Shown here: one piece after another, positions 41,394-54,490 of the stretch | How positions within the stretch are numbered: position 1 is the first letter of the stretch | Layout of the letters: each line of letters starts with the position of its first letter | From: Macrostomum hystrix | Lineage: Eukaryota > Animalia > Platyhelminthes | Assembly: GCA_950097015.1 (NCBI GenBank) | Contig: CATNEN010000038.1 | Span: 18,972,001 to 19,036,000 of the forward strand | Direction of reading: 5' to 3' | Length of the DNA: 64,000 nucleotides | Notes under the pieces: generated by a model | What the model was told of the DNA's origin: nothing | Databases searched by the model: none | Seen by the model: only the letters and a program-made list of their open reading frames with translations | Program-made: the position numbers and the translations under genes

Positions 41394-41646
41394 CATACAT
41401 GTGCAACACCCGGCCGACCTGGCCGAACCGGCCAGGTGAAACGAGGGCCAAGCAAGGTAAGTCACAAAAACCAATCGACCAAGCGCAAAAAAGTCAAAAG
41501 GGGGACCAAGGGACAAAAAAGGAGGGCGTGAAGAAAAGGAAAAAGGGGAGAGAAAATTAGAGCAAACTAAGTCATAAATAGAGCAATGAAACAAACTAAG
41601 TTGCATGGCCGGCTTAGATTTAGGAGGATTTATATTACACATATAA
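41394..41646 (+). mobile_element. hAT MITE family 2, decayed copy inverted relative to 38846-39092
   Basis: Reverse-complement match along ~240 bp; the right TIR is eroded. Confidence 0.85.
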
Positions 41647-41899
41647 AGATATAATTAAAGTATTTCTATGAGTGTCCTATATTTCTATATCATATTAGCA
41701 TATGAGTGTCCAAGCAGTAGGGGCCTAAGACACTTTTCTTCACTTTATTAATATGAATAACTCATATATGTGTATTAGTGACACAAAGTCTTATTTAATT
41801 CTCCAGTCCCAATGCAGGGCTACCAATGGATTGGAGGGTATCAGTTACCCACTCATTATGGAAACACTCGTTCTCTTCTCACCCTGTACAGGCTTGTTT

Positions 41900-42510
41900 A
41901 TTTATTGCAATCCCGTTATGGGTTATGTCTTTATCACACCCTTTACTGGCTTATATACACTTATTTTGGATCCAACCCTTTTTCTTACTATTCAATACAA
42001 CTTCTGTTGTCTGAGATTATAGCTTTCCAGCTTATTAAAGAATTAACAAGTTTTTGGAAACATTGCCTTTTAACTTTGAAAACGTCCGTGGCATGTCTGC
42101 AAGTTGGGCTTTCAATTCCCAAAACTGTGCGTACATATAGTAAAATGGAGGGGTGGTTTTCCCGGTGCATTAAAACAATTGGTGCATTCAAACAAATATT
42201 AAATTTCTTTTCTCATTCACGTAAATTTAAAAAGAGAAATACGGTAGAATTATTCGCCTACTACACTTATTCTGATTGACTATAAGGATCAAGTTTCAAA
42301 GTATAGTTACAATTTAGAATTGGCATTCTTGAGATTATTTGTATAAAAGTTTGTGCCCTTTCATTTTGAACTTTTTGTTTTTTGGACTTAGGAGCCAATA
42401 CTTTTAGTTTGATTTCATTTCTATTTTTTCTAGCTTTTAAGTAGTTCATTTTGCTTTTAGATAACCACCTGCTTACATTGCTTCTTGCTCTTAGAAAGCA
42501 TTTTTAATCA
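41900..42510 (-). mobile_element. Possible highly decayed LINE (CR1/Jockey-like) ORF2 fragment
   Basis: FLRARSNVSRWLSKSKMNY, HPSIL, SWKAII and YKPV weakly echo pre-RT motifs; many stops. Confidence 0.35.
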
Positions 42511-43247
42511 TTTTATTTAGAACTAAAACTTTTAAAGCTTTTCTAGGCCTAACTAGTATCAATTCTATACCATAGTATTATAATATGGATCATATAGATG
42601 TTCAATATGGCCAAAAGTTTTAGTGTATGTTGGTGTTGCCTGCTTCATTTGGCATATATGATTGGAATGTACAATTAGTGCTCAGGTAGCACTAATGTTT
42701 AATATTAAATATTTAGAATGGCAGCAGGGCTAACCAGCTATAACAAGATGGAAAAGCCTTAATGTATGTATAAGTGCACACAATTTAGGTTTAATGCAAA
42801 GAAAGATTAGTTTCATGTGCATACAAGCAGAGAAATTTCTAGAGCTATCCATTAAAGGCAAAAGGAAGTTTACCTAATTTTAGTGCATCTAATGTTACTT
42901 AATATGTTGTTATAGGGGGGTGAGTGGCAGAGTTGTTCTACTAATTTGCCTCTTGCACTAAGGTCTCTGAACTTGATTCAGCAGTAAGGGCAAGGTCATA
43001 TTGATTTGGGGCACAGCCATTGAACAAAATCTTTGGGGCTCACTGTGGAAGAAACAACCCATAATGCACAGTGAATGTGTTTACCACATGATAATAAGAA
43101 AAACAGTACAAATATATACACCTGTGTAAGTGTGTCTATTTGTCAACTGTTTGTCTTGTTCTGGTTTTAAAATAAAGATGACTTAATTGTAATACTACAC
43201 ACAGTTGTATTATAAAGCTAGTTAAATATGTAAGAGTAGAAATGTAA

Positions 43248-43508
<261 letters not shown>

Positions 43509-43630
43509 TAGTTTTCTAAAAAATACTTACTTATGGTAAATTAATTATCGTAGAAAAAACTTGCTTAGTGCTAAATCCGCCCTGGTTACTCAAACAGATA
43601 AAAACGTTTAGTGATCGTAGTATTAATTAA

Positions 43631-44391
43631 TACTAGAACTACTAAGGGGGAATTTCCCCTGAAAGTTTTTTGCTGCACCCGAACTGAGCAACACAAGCGC
43701 ACGAAACTCATGAACACGGGTCAAATTTTGTTGCGCATCTTTTTAAACAAGAATCGAGTCGCCAACCCTTTAAAAACGTTGAGATATTTAACGGTTCTGG
43801 CGGAAGGTCAGAATTTTCCGTAGTGTAAATAGGAAAATTCACTTTAGGGACTGCATAGCCAGCTCGAGGCACACTGCTGACGGTGCTGACAGCGTCGGGG
43901 TGGTGACTGATTGGTTGACAGACTAGGCGAGGGTCCTGTGGTTGAGCTTCGTCCGATATTGTGGCTTGATCAGCGAAATGGGAGAAATTTGCATCAATAT
44001 CCATATTCGACGTCCCTATTCAGCAGGTGCCACTTGTTGAAGGTTCAGGTACGTGACTAAGTTGGAGATGATGCAGTCACATTCGGGGGACGCGCTGATC
44101 AAGTTTGAAGGCCTGGCAATGCCGCACTGGGACGCAGTGCGAGTTCGTGTATGGGGGGTATGAAATGCACGAACTCTAATAGGAAAAATCTGATTTTCGG
44201 GCAGAAAAATTGAATATCTCGATGTTCTAAAGGGCTGACGACTGGATTCTTGTTTCAGAAGATGCGCAAGAAAAATTTGACCGTTGTTCTTGAGTTTCGT
44301 GTGCTTGCGTTGCTCCATTTGTGTGTTGCAAACTATTGTCAATCCCTCTTGGTATAAACGCGGGCGCCAAATCGGCTTGGTATTGTTACTG
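43631..44391 (+). mobile_element. TTAA-flanked long-TIR MITE, copy B (SMIM14 intron)
   Basis: TTAA flanks, ~190-bp imperfect TIRs, core shared with 13220-13822. Confidence 0.85.
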
Positions 44392-44421
44392 TTAATCCAA
44401 ATTATTACGAACACGTCGCAG

Positions 44422-44658
44422 GCCCAGTGCACCGACAATGACTGCCTGACTAATCCCAGCCTGCCAGGCGACCCAGCTAGCAACTCCCCGCTGGGTAATC
44501 CGAGCCTGTGGCTAGCCATCCTTGGCTGGATTGTTCTGGCCACTGCTCTGTTTGTCATGCGTCCCAGGAGCCTTCGCTGGGACTCCGGCAAGCCCGGGGG
44601 CGGCTCCGCCGGTGGCAGCGGCCGTGGCAACGATCGGGATCCACCTGTGGTTTCGTAA
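44422..44658 (+). CDS. SMIM14: SMIM14 coding exon 2
   Basis: AQCTDNDCL, TM segment WIVLATALFVMRPRSLR, GKP, PPVVS*. CAG acceptor 44419-44421. Confidence 0.95.
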   Translation, partial: AQCTDNDCLTNPSLPGDPASNSPLGNPSLWLAILGWIVLATALFVMRPRSLRWDSGKPGGGSAGGSGRGNDRDPPVVS

Positions 44659-46266
44659 AGAAAGTGGAATAATCATCGGGAATTTGGAAACTGATTTTCT
44701 AAAGCAGACAAAAGTAACTAGCTAAGCGACATTTGGTTTCCTTGATTATTTTTATTAGTTACGACAAATACTGAGCTAAAATATCTACATAAAAGATATT
44801 CGTATGTCACTTCTAATTATTATTTATTTTGTTTTTGAAAGGAACTTTTGTGTGTGATTTGTGTAATCGGATTTCTGGTCGTGACGAATGCAGCTCGATT
44901 TAGTTTTTTAGATTTTGTTGCGTGTGTTTCTGTCTCTCTTGAATATTTTATTTGCAGTAACATCATTGCAAACAATAGAATTAGAGATAAATACAATGAA
45001 ATTTAATAGATCTAGAATCCGTAAGGTTTTTAACAGTGTAATATCCGACCAAGTTTTTGGTTTAGTGTTTTCGGTGCATCATTATTGTTGGTTTCTTGCT
45101 TTGTGGCTCTTTATATCGTATTTTTCTGGTGTAAAGTCTGTACATTATTGTCGTTTTCTGTGTTATGATGTGCAACTTCTTCTGTATCTATTGTGTTTTT
45201 TTTGTTTTGTTTAACCTGCATCTTTCCCTCCTATAGGCGCTGAGAGTTTTTTGTTGTATTATTTTTTTAAAGCTACATTACTTTTTTGTCATGATCTTAA
45301 CAGAATGCAAGCACGAAGGCGCGTGATGAGCAAAGATGGTCGAATGGGTCTTCCAATTTTATTAAACCAAAGACTTGATTAGACACTTTTGCTTTCGTCG
45401 GCTGCAAATTTACCTAATTAGTTTATTTTTAACTGCTACTTTAAGTAGTAAAGTGGCTTGAAGTAATCTTCAATTAACATCTAGTTTGTATGAGGGGGTT
45501 CAAAACAGAATTGGCCTGCCTGTGATGCCCAGTTTTCTGTTTCCATTGTGCAAAGATGTGTAAAAAAGGCAAATTCAATTTGTTTCATTTCAAAATACGG
45601 AAGCTTGCTTGCTTTCTAGTGCTTTTTTTCTTTACACCGAAAAAATCTAAATCGCCAGTGCCAAAAGTTAACTGCTTTTTTTCTTGCAAAAAGGGTCAAA
45701 ATGGAACTGAAAAGTTAATTATCGTAGATATTTTCTTCAATTTGTTTTAGTTCTCATTTTTTAATTTTAAACTAAAGTTTGCTTATTACCTGTTTAAATA
45801 ACAAAACTAAATTATAATACCCAAGATTGCGAGATTTACCTGGCAGAAAACTATAATTTTCTATAAAAAAAGAATTTGGTTGTCGTGCAGAAAACATTAT
45901 AAGGTGGATTGGATGTAGAGCAAAGCTTTTAGTTAATAAATTATACTATAATAGAACTGTTATTTGTAACAGCTTTTAGTCACGGAAATTGGTTTTTGCT
46001 TTGTGTTGGGCAGAACGGAGGTTTATTCCCAACCCCGAATCGCTTTTGTGAAACTTCCTTTCTTATTTGTTTTTTCCTCTTCTTTACATAATGTTATTCT
46101 TTCTGCTTACTATTTATTGTCCCACTTTGACAGATTTCTTCTGACCAAATTTGTGATAAACTATTTCCTCAAAATAAATCACAAAGCAGCAAGATTTTAA
46201 ACAGTCTGTGCGAAATAAAATATATATTATTGATATCCTAATCCCTTGTCGACTAAAATATTTTAG

Positions 46267-46289
46267 TTTGGTGAACATCGCAAACAATG
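46267..46289 (+). CDS. TMEM170: TMEM170 23-nt first exon ending in the ATG
   Basis: TTTTAG|...CAAACAATG|GTAAAT. Phase 0, in frame with the next exon. Confidence 0.6.
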
Positions 46290-46502
46290 GTAAATGCCTT
46301 CTGCCTTCACTTTAAGAATTCTTTGTTCTCAAATTGCATTAGACAATGGTAGTCACTTATCAGTTCAATACCAACCCATCCGCCACTGCTCACCTACAAC
46401 TCAAAAACCTTAACTACTCAACCACTACTCTAAAGTCTTACCCACCCAGTCCTATTGTTAAAGACATACAGTTAACCCACTCAGTGATACAGTCAGAGTC
46501 CA

Positions 46503-47667
46503 ACAGTTTCAATAGTTTCCAATGGTAGACTATCCTACAGTTTCAATAGTTTCTATGGTAGACTATCCTACAGTTTCAATAGTTTCCAATGGTAGACTAT
46601 CCTACAGTTTCAATAGTTTCTATGGTAGACTATCCTACAGTTTCAATAGTTTCCAATGGTAGACTATCCTACAGTTTCAATAGTTTCTATGGTAGACTAT
46701 CCTACAGTTTCAATAGTTTCTATGGTAGACTATCCTACAGTTTCAATAGTTTCTATGGTAGACTATCCTACAGTTCCTACAGTTTCTATGGTAGACTATC
46801 CTACAGTTTCAATAGTTTCTATGGTAGACTATCCTACAGTTTCAATAGTTTCTATGGTAGACTATCCTACAGTTTCAATAGTTTCTATGGTAGACTATCC
46901 TACAGTTCCTACAGTTTCTATGGTAGACTATCCTACAGTTTCAATAGGTTCTATGGTAGACTATCCTACAGTTTCAATAGGTTCTATGGTAGACTATCCT
47001 ACAGTTTCAATAGTTTCCAATGGTAGACTATCCTACAGTTTCAATAGTTTCTATGGTAGACTATCCTACAGTTTCAATAGTTTCCAATGGTAGACTATCC
47101 TACAGTTTCAATAGTTTCCAATGGTAGACTATTTTACAGTTTCAATAGTTTCCAATGGTAGACTATTTTACAGTTTCTATGGTAGACTATCCTACAGTTT
47201 CAATAGTTTCCAATGGTAGACTATCCTACAGTTTCAATAGTTTCTATGGTAGACTATCCTACAGTTTCTATGGTAGACTATTCTACAGTTTCTACAGTTT
47301 CTATGGTAGACTATCCTACAGTTTCTACAGTTTCTATGGTAGACTATTCTACAGTTTCAATGGTTTCTATGGTAGACTATCCTACAGTTTCTACAGTTTC
47401 TATGGTAGACTATCCTACAGTTTCTACAGTTTCTATGGTAGACTATCCTACAGTTTCTACAGTTTCTATGGTAGACTATCCTACAGTTTCTACAGTTTCT
47501 ATTGTAGACTATCCTACAGTTTCTATTGTAGACTATCCTACAGTTTCTATTGTAGACTATCCTACAGTTTCTATGGTAGACTATCCTACAGTTTCTATTG
47601 TAGACTATCCTACAGTTTCTATTGTAGACTATCCTACAGTTTCTATTGCGTAGACTACTACAGTTTA
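46503..47667. repeat. 33/34-bp minisatellite shortening to 24-bp units (TMEM170 intron)
   Basis: GGTAGACTATCCTACAGTTTCAATAGTTTCTAT and derivatives. Confidence 0.95.
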
Positions 47668-47733
47668 ATAGGAAGACGGAAAGCCTAAAACCCGGCCGTT
47701 CAACCTCGGCAATACCTTTTTATTTGATTTCAG

Positions 47734-48108
47734 AGCGACAATTCCAGCATTATCGTCGATCCTTCGTCCGAGGCTGGCGAAGGCGACAATTACCGTCAAA
47801 TATGGCTGGCCATATTTCTGTGGACAATGGGTTTATCCCTGTTGCTGCACTCCGGAGCCCTGGTAGTGTCGGCTGTCTATCTCAGATTGCACCGCATTGG
47901 CAAAGTTTTTCCCCTTGTTTTCATAGTCGGCTTTCTCTACAGCTTGCCCAGCCACGCCATTAGTGCACTGTGCCTGGCCTTTGTCTATTATTCCGCCAGC
48001 CTATTGGGTCACAGTTTCTTTAATTTCTATCACGCCATTGGCTGGGCGGCCCTGCTCAATCTGCTTTCTACGGTGCTGCCATTTTCTGGCCTCACTTCGC
48101 TACTTTAG
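47734..48108 (+). CDS. TMEM170: Transmembrane protein 170 family, main exon
   Basis: After TTTCAG: SDNSS...QIWLAIFLWTMGLSLLLHSGALVVSAVYLRLHRIGKVF matches TMEM170 as I recall it (EMWYGVFLW...FH...LRHHKYGRF); three hydrophobic segments. Confidence 0.85.
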   Translation, partial: SDNSSIIVDPSSEAGEGDNYRQIWLAIFLWTMGLSLLLHSGALVVSAVYLRLHRIGKVFPLVFIVGFLYSLPSHAISALCLAFVYYSASLLGHSFFNFYHAIGWAALLNLLSTVLPFSGLTSLL

Positions 48109-48220
48109 CACAATGTGAGCTGAGACACTGAGAGCCGAAACTAACCATACGATGCTTGAGTGCTTAAACAAAAGTTCTAAAAGACTAATTCAAGGTTACA
48201 AAATTGAATCTGTTTTTGGC

Positions 48221-49194
48221 CTGGTACCGGCAACTTTCGTCGCGCGGGCCAGATGCGGCCCTTGTAACAAAGCTCCCAAATCTGGCCCTGACCCCTTATC
48301 AATACCAACTTAGTCTTATCTCTCCCGTGTCTTCTGTCTTTTCACCCATCCATCATCTGCTTCATCTCTTCCCTGTCAAATTTCTCCTCTCACATCTTCT
48401 ATTTTAGCACATTGTGCACCCTGTCTCATCTCTCCCCTGTCTCATCTCTCCCCTGTCTCATCTCTTCCATGTCTCATCTCTCCCCTGTCTCATCTCTCCC
48501 GTGTCTCATCTCTCCTTGTGTCTCATCTCTCCCCTGTCTCATCTCTTCCCTGTCTAATCTCTCCCCTGTCTCATCTCTTCCATGTCTCATCTCTTCCATG
48601 TCTCATCTCTCCCCTGTCTCATCTCTCCCCTGTCTCATCTCTCCCGTGTCTCATCTCTCCCCTGTCTCATCTCTTCCATGTCTCATCTCTCCCCTGTCTC
48701 ATCTCTCCCCTGTCTCATCTCTCCCCTGTCTCATCTCTTACATGTCTCATCTCTTCCATATCTCATCTCTCCCCTGTCTCATCTCTCCACTGTCTCATCT
48801 CTCCCCTGTCTCATCTCTCCCCTGTCTCATCTCTCCCCTGTCTCATCTCTTCCATGTCTCATCTCTCCCCTGTCTCATCTCTTCCATGTCTCATCTCTTC
48901 CATGTCTCATCTCTCCCCTGTCTCATCTCTCCCCTGTCTCATCTCTCCCCTGTCTCATCTCTTCCATGTCTCATCTCTCCCCTGTCTCATCTCTTCCATG
49001 TCTCATCTCTTCCATGTCTCAACTCTCCCCTGTCTCATCTCTCCCCTGTCTCATCTCTCCCCTGTCTCATCTCTCCCCTGTCTCATCTCTCCCCTATCTC
49101 ATATCTTACATTACTTTTTTTTCACAATCGTGGCCTTTCGTCTATTGAATTCTCTATTTTGCCCGCGAAGTATATAAGGTTGATCGAATGTTTG
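48221..49194 (-). mobile_element. hAT (Charlie/Buster-like) MITE with ~700-bp minisatellite expansion
   Basis: Reverse-complement flanks (GCGGGCCAGATGCGGCCC...GCTCCCAAATCTGGCCC; TTTGCCCGC...ATAAGGTTG) around (TGTCTCATCTCTCCCC)n. Confidence 0.8.
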
Positions 49195-52100
49195 CTGGTT
49201 GCTGATGTGTGAACCACTTAAACAATATTTAATAGATTTTGTCGGTTGTCAGGTAAATGTTTATTATTAAATTCCAGTACTTCTTATTTCTGTAAAAAAA
49301 GTCTAAAAAAACCAAATGCCAATGTGTTTAAAATTGTTTTTTGTTTTTCTTGGTATGCTTCCATGAAAGTTTTTAACGCTAGAAGTCGCGTAATCATAAT
49401 CAACTTTTGTTAAGTATGGATATTTACTTATAGTAGGATAATCGGTGCTTCGTATTGCTTTAAAATTATTAGTTCAATGTACTGATATGTGTATCGTCAT
49501 GCAATTCATGTTTTCTTTTTTAACGAGTATATAGCTTGTTTTGTTTTGAACTTGCTTGGTGCCTCAGAATTCTTGACTTTTTTAAAACGCATTTTTTGTC
49601 TCGTCACATTCTTTATACACTTGTCTGTACCTTAAATTTTCGTGTTCTTAATCAAATTAGAACAAATAATTATTCTAAAAAAATTCAAACTTTTCTATTC
49701 AAAGCAAAATGCAAACCTAAAACATGTTTGTCGAGATCAAGCAAGATAGTGTTTCGGTGATTTCGTCAGTATGGAACCTAAATATAGCGCTGAGTGGGAA
49801 ATCCTTAAACCGGATTACGCTAGCGGAATTAATGCCTGTTCTTAATGACTGCGAAGTCAGGCACTAATGTCCAAATTCAACCGCTTTTTGCACATCTACG
49901 TGTCCTTTCATTGCTTAGCTAGCATTGGCGTTTCTATACTCGAGTAAGATTGTACGATTTTATGCTCAAATTCTTGTTTGACAGCCAAAAATATTAACAA
50001 TAACTTATTTTCGGTGTATTATCAAATATTATATAATCAAATTTTTTATAATCGCTATACGAAACGTGGGATATAAAAAATAAATACTAATCGGTGTCTT
50101 GTTTATCTGTTTATTTATCGGAAACACTGTACGATTAGGATAAACAAGTTATATTGTCTATATACTCTGACACGATACTATAATTTTGGTATACAAGCTG
50201 GTGTTTTAAAACAACTGACAAATGCAACAACAATATAAAGTTATCGTTTTATTTAAAATTATGAAATCTATCCAGAACTGCCGACGTCACGAACTATTAA
50301 AAGTTAAACTTTTAATTATTTAATTAATTTAAAAGTTTACTTAATTTTAAGTATAGTAATCTGGCTGTTATAGAAAATATACGAGCGCACAAAGGGAAGG
50401 CCAAGCAATGAAAAAAGAAGAGGAAATCGATGCTTTCCACAAAATGAGGCTATATACAGGTTGAATTCGATGCAGCTATATTTTAATATGGAACTAATTT
50501 ATCATAGCCTGTGATCCATCCTTTAAACACACACAGCCACAAAATTGTTGCAAAAAACTATTTCATGGTATATTTTCGCGAAAAAGATTTCCAATCATTA
50601 TCTCAGGGACTACTAACTAGGGATTACTATAAACTAGTCACTAATTACTATTTACTATTGCTAATTACTAGACAGGGACTACTAAGAGTAATTAGTAAGA
50701 GCAACGTATTTTCCTGCCATTTTACCTTCAGTTGGAAGTGCATTTCCCTCTTATCGAATAGATTCGCACTGTGAGAAAATCGAGTGTTTCTGTCCCTATT
50801 AATCACAACAAATTTGAATTACAGCTTTAGAAAAATATAGTGTACATAAAAGAATTAAAACCATAGTCTGTCAAATCGCATAGCATTTTTCATCCAACCT
50901 TTTTCAGAGTGTAGTTCAGGAGCCAAATTAACGCCAACTTTTGCAGTTTTCAGCTTTTGCCTTTTAGCTTTTTGTGGTTTCGCTTAACTTAAGGATTAGA
51001 ACGGTTAGTATTATACATGTTACAGTTATTTATAGTTTGTGTTATTTATTTATGTAAGAACAAAATTGCGTAATACAAAACAGTATTTAGTAAATTTTAC
51101 GAGTAAGTGCTGGGTAAAAAGCTATTAAATTTGTTATAATTACATACCTATACTTCGCGACATTTTGATGTTCATAAAAATCCTATTTCTAATTCTAATC
51201 TTTTATTAACTCTATTTTCAAAGTTGAAACAGTTAAGCAACATAAGAGGTGTTACAACTCGCAAGTAAAATAAAAAATAAATGCTCTAAAACGTGTAAAT
51301 GTGCATTAAAAAATGTGTCTACTAAACCTAAAGACGTCAAACTCGACACAGTTGGGGGAGTCCGAGTAAACCTTTCAAGAAATCAATAGACTTTGCACAA
51401 AGTGCACTTGCCTAGTTTTGCCCTTGCCACTATATGCACTTAGGGGCTAGATAGTTTTATTGCATTTCAGGTGGTGTTGATCATTACATTTTTGTAAATT
51501 TACTATTTAGTGAACAGTAAATTTTTTATGGGCTGTGGCTGTGGCTAGGCACTGTGCATATAAAATAAATAAAATAATGCTTAAAAGTTAGATCCAGTTA
51601 AATGTTAGAGCTAGGCCTATCTAGCTAGCTGTTGATATAGACAGTGCTTTATTCCTTATTATTCCCATGGTCCCATAAAGGATCTCTCCACAAGGCCAAG
51701 CTTCTCCACATGGGTATGGCATGGCTGCCATGGCATTGTCATCATGGTAGGTAGGCCTATAGGGAGAGGGCCAATGGGATATATCCCTTTGGCTAGGCAT
51801 AGGCCTAGCATTGGTCGAGGGCATTTAGTAGCCATAGCCACCAAAATTAGGTAAAAGTACATATTTATTAAATTGACACACAAATTTAGTTATTGATTAA
51901 CTAATCAATTAGTTATGATTGATGTAGAAACTAAATATCTTGTTTGTTTTCCTATGATTATATCATTACATGTCATGTGGACATGTGACAGATTTTCTGT
52001 GTTCAAATGTAAATCACATTTCTTTTGTTCTATTTGGAGGTGACAATTTTGGCCAATGTGCAAACTTATGTTCATTGTTTATAACTTGTACATGACTTTG

Positions 52101-53144
52101 TACTGCATTGGCAGACACATACATGGACTATTTTAATACAATGACATCTGACAATCTATACCACTTAAAAGTTTGCAAAGCCTTAAAAGTGTTTGCATAT
52201 TATGACTTATGTTGGGGACTATTATATTCATAATATTAATCTAGCTAACTAGATTTGCAAATACCTAAATTTAAAAGAAAAAATGTTTCATGTAGGAGGG
52301 GCTGCAAAATGCAGAACATAGTTCTTAGCTTTTTCTAACAATATAAGCCACTTAAATAACACATGGGACTATATTGCATTTCATTGGACAATAACATGCA
52401 ATAGGAACCCAGTACCCAACCCTAGCTTGAAAATATATGTATTAAAATATAAAAAAACATAATACCCTGATTTTTTAGCTTCTCAACAAATCCAAATCTA
52501 AATTTCTCAACCACTTTTAAGGTTACAGCTACTTATATAGTTTGTTAATTGTGGTAAATAAGAAAAAGATAGTTCAAAATTTAATTTAAATTTTAGTTAC
52601 TAAATTAACAGCTATCAATTTAACTATCTTTTTTTTTCAAAAGTTGTTTTTTCATCACTGGCAGGTTTTAAGGCATATAGTGATTATTTCAAGAAAAATC
52701 TAGCATTAGGAATCATATGCAATCAGGACAGATAATATAAAAATCTACCTTTAGGTATGGATGTACATATATAGAAACAGTAAATAGCTGAATTTTTAGT
52801 ACAAAACTTGAAACTTTTAGTGCAGTTATTCAGTGCCACTTTATGCATATTATTATCACAATAAAATTAATAACATTTGGCTTAAAAAGTTATGGATTTT
52901 CTTATTAAAAATTAATGCTCAATACTTTGTCTAAAAAGTATATCTCATGCTACAAAAACTATACTTGTAAGGATATTCTGGTTTCTAGATTTTTTTGTCT
53001 GGTTTTCATTAATTTTTCCTATTCTTTGCTTTTTACTAAATATTCCTAATATGAATAGTAAATATATAGGTTATTGTATGGGTAAAAAGTGTTAACAATA
53101 AACAACAATTAACCTTTATGTTATATATTTACAGAGCTCACAGA

Positions 53145-53282
53145 ATGGATCCCAGTGCCTCTGCTGCTGCTGCTGCATCTGCTGGTCCTCCAACTTCAAT
53201 TGGCGCCCCTGACCCAGATCGTGCAGCTGCAGCAGCTGCTGGAGATGGTTCCAGACTCTATCAGCTGCGCCAAGAGGTTCAG
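53145..53282 (+). CDS. VAMP: VAMP/synaptobrevin R-SNARE, coding exon 1
   Basis: MDPSA...SRLYQLRQEVQ. Acceptor 53134, donor 53283, phase 0. Confidence 0.9.
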
Positions 53283-53384
53283 GTGTGTGCTGCTAGCATG
53301 GGACAAATAATTAAACTGATTGAACTGACTTGCTAGCTTCTAGCCATAGATAACTATACTAGTATACATTGTATGCATCATCCC

Positions 53385-54162
53385 CATTCACACTGCTTAT
53401 TAACTTAACAAGCTTCTCTACTCACACTGCTCATCAACTCACCCAGCCTCTCTATTCACACTGCTCATCAACTCACCCAGCCTCTCTATTCACACTGCTC
53501 ATCAACTCACCCAGCCTCTCTATTCACACTGCTCATCAACTCACCCAGCCTCTATTCACACTGCTCATCAACTCACCCAGCCTCTTTATTCACACTGCTC
53601 ATCAACTCACCCAGCCTCTATTCACACTGCTCATCGACTCACCCAGCCTCTCTATTCACACTGCTCATCAACTCACCCAGCCTCACTATTCACACTGCTC
53701 ATCAACTCACCCAGCCTCACTATTCACACTGCTCATCAACTCACCCAGCCTCTATTCACACTGCTCATCGACTCACCCAGCCTCTATTCACACTGCTCAT
53801 CAACTCACCCAGCCTCACTATTCACACTGCTCATCAACTCACCCAGCCTCACTATTCACACTGCTCATCAACTCACCCAACCTCTCTATTCAAACTGCTC
53901 ATCAACTCACCCAGCCTCTATTCACACTGCTCATCAACTCACCCAGCCTCACTATTCACACTGCTCATCAACTCACCCAGCCTCACTATTCACACTGCTC
54001 ATCAACTCACCCAACCTCTATTCAAACTGCTCATCAACTCACCCAGCCTCTATTCACACTGCTCATCAACTCACCCAGCCTCTCTATTCACACTGCTCAT
54101 CAACTCACCCAACCTCTCTATTCAAACTGCTCATCAACTCACCCAGCCTCACTATTCACACC
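53385..54162. repeat. 33-35 bp minisatellite (VAMP intron)
   Basis: CTATTCACACTGCTCATCAACTCACCCAGCCT(CT/CA). Confidence 0.95.
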
Positions 54163-54232
54163 GCTGGCCAAAGGTAGTTGTTAAAAGATGCCAGCATTAA
54201 CTCGCAAGCAGATTGCAACCCTCTTTGTCCAG

Positions 54233-54490
54233 GTTGTATCCAACATCATGCGCGACAATGTTAGCAAAGTAATCGAACGTGACGGCCACCTATCGGACCT
54301 GGTTGAGCGCACAGAGAATCTGCAAGATTCAGCGGCCGCTTATCAGCGCACAACTCGCGCACTGCAGCGCAAAATGTGGTGGCAGAATACAAAGATGCGT
54401 ATTATCATTGGCGTAGTGCTAGCTGTGATTGTCATCATTATCGTGATGGCCATATTGGGGTCGGTCGGTGTTTTCCAGGGTCAAAATTGA
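54233..54490 (+). CDS. VAMP: VAMP/synaptobrevin coding exon 2
   Basis: IMRDNVSKVIERDGHLSDL (zero-layer R), RKMWWQN, C-terminal TM. Confidence 0.95.
   Translation, partial: VVSNIMRDNVSKVIERDGHLSDLVERTENLQDSAAAYQRTTRALQRKMWWQNTKMRIIIGVVLAVIVIIIVMAILGSVGVFQGQN

Noticed and set aside
48412-49212. SHLSPVSSLPCLI-type ORFs (also at 4649-5124 and 6063-6835) and other repeat ORFs at 1260, 29046, 46589, 53369 and 61409
   Set aside because: All are by-products of tandem repeats.
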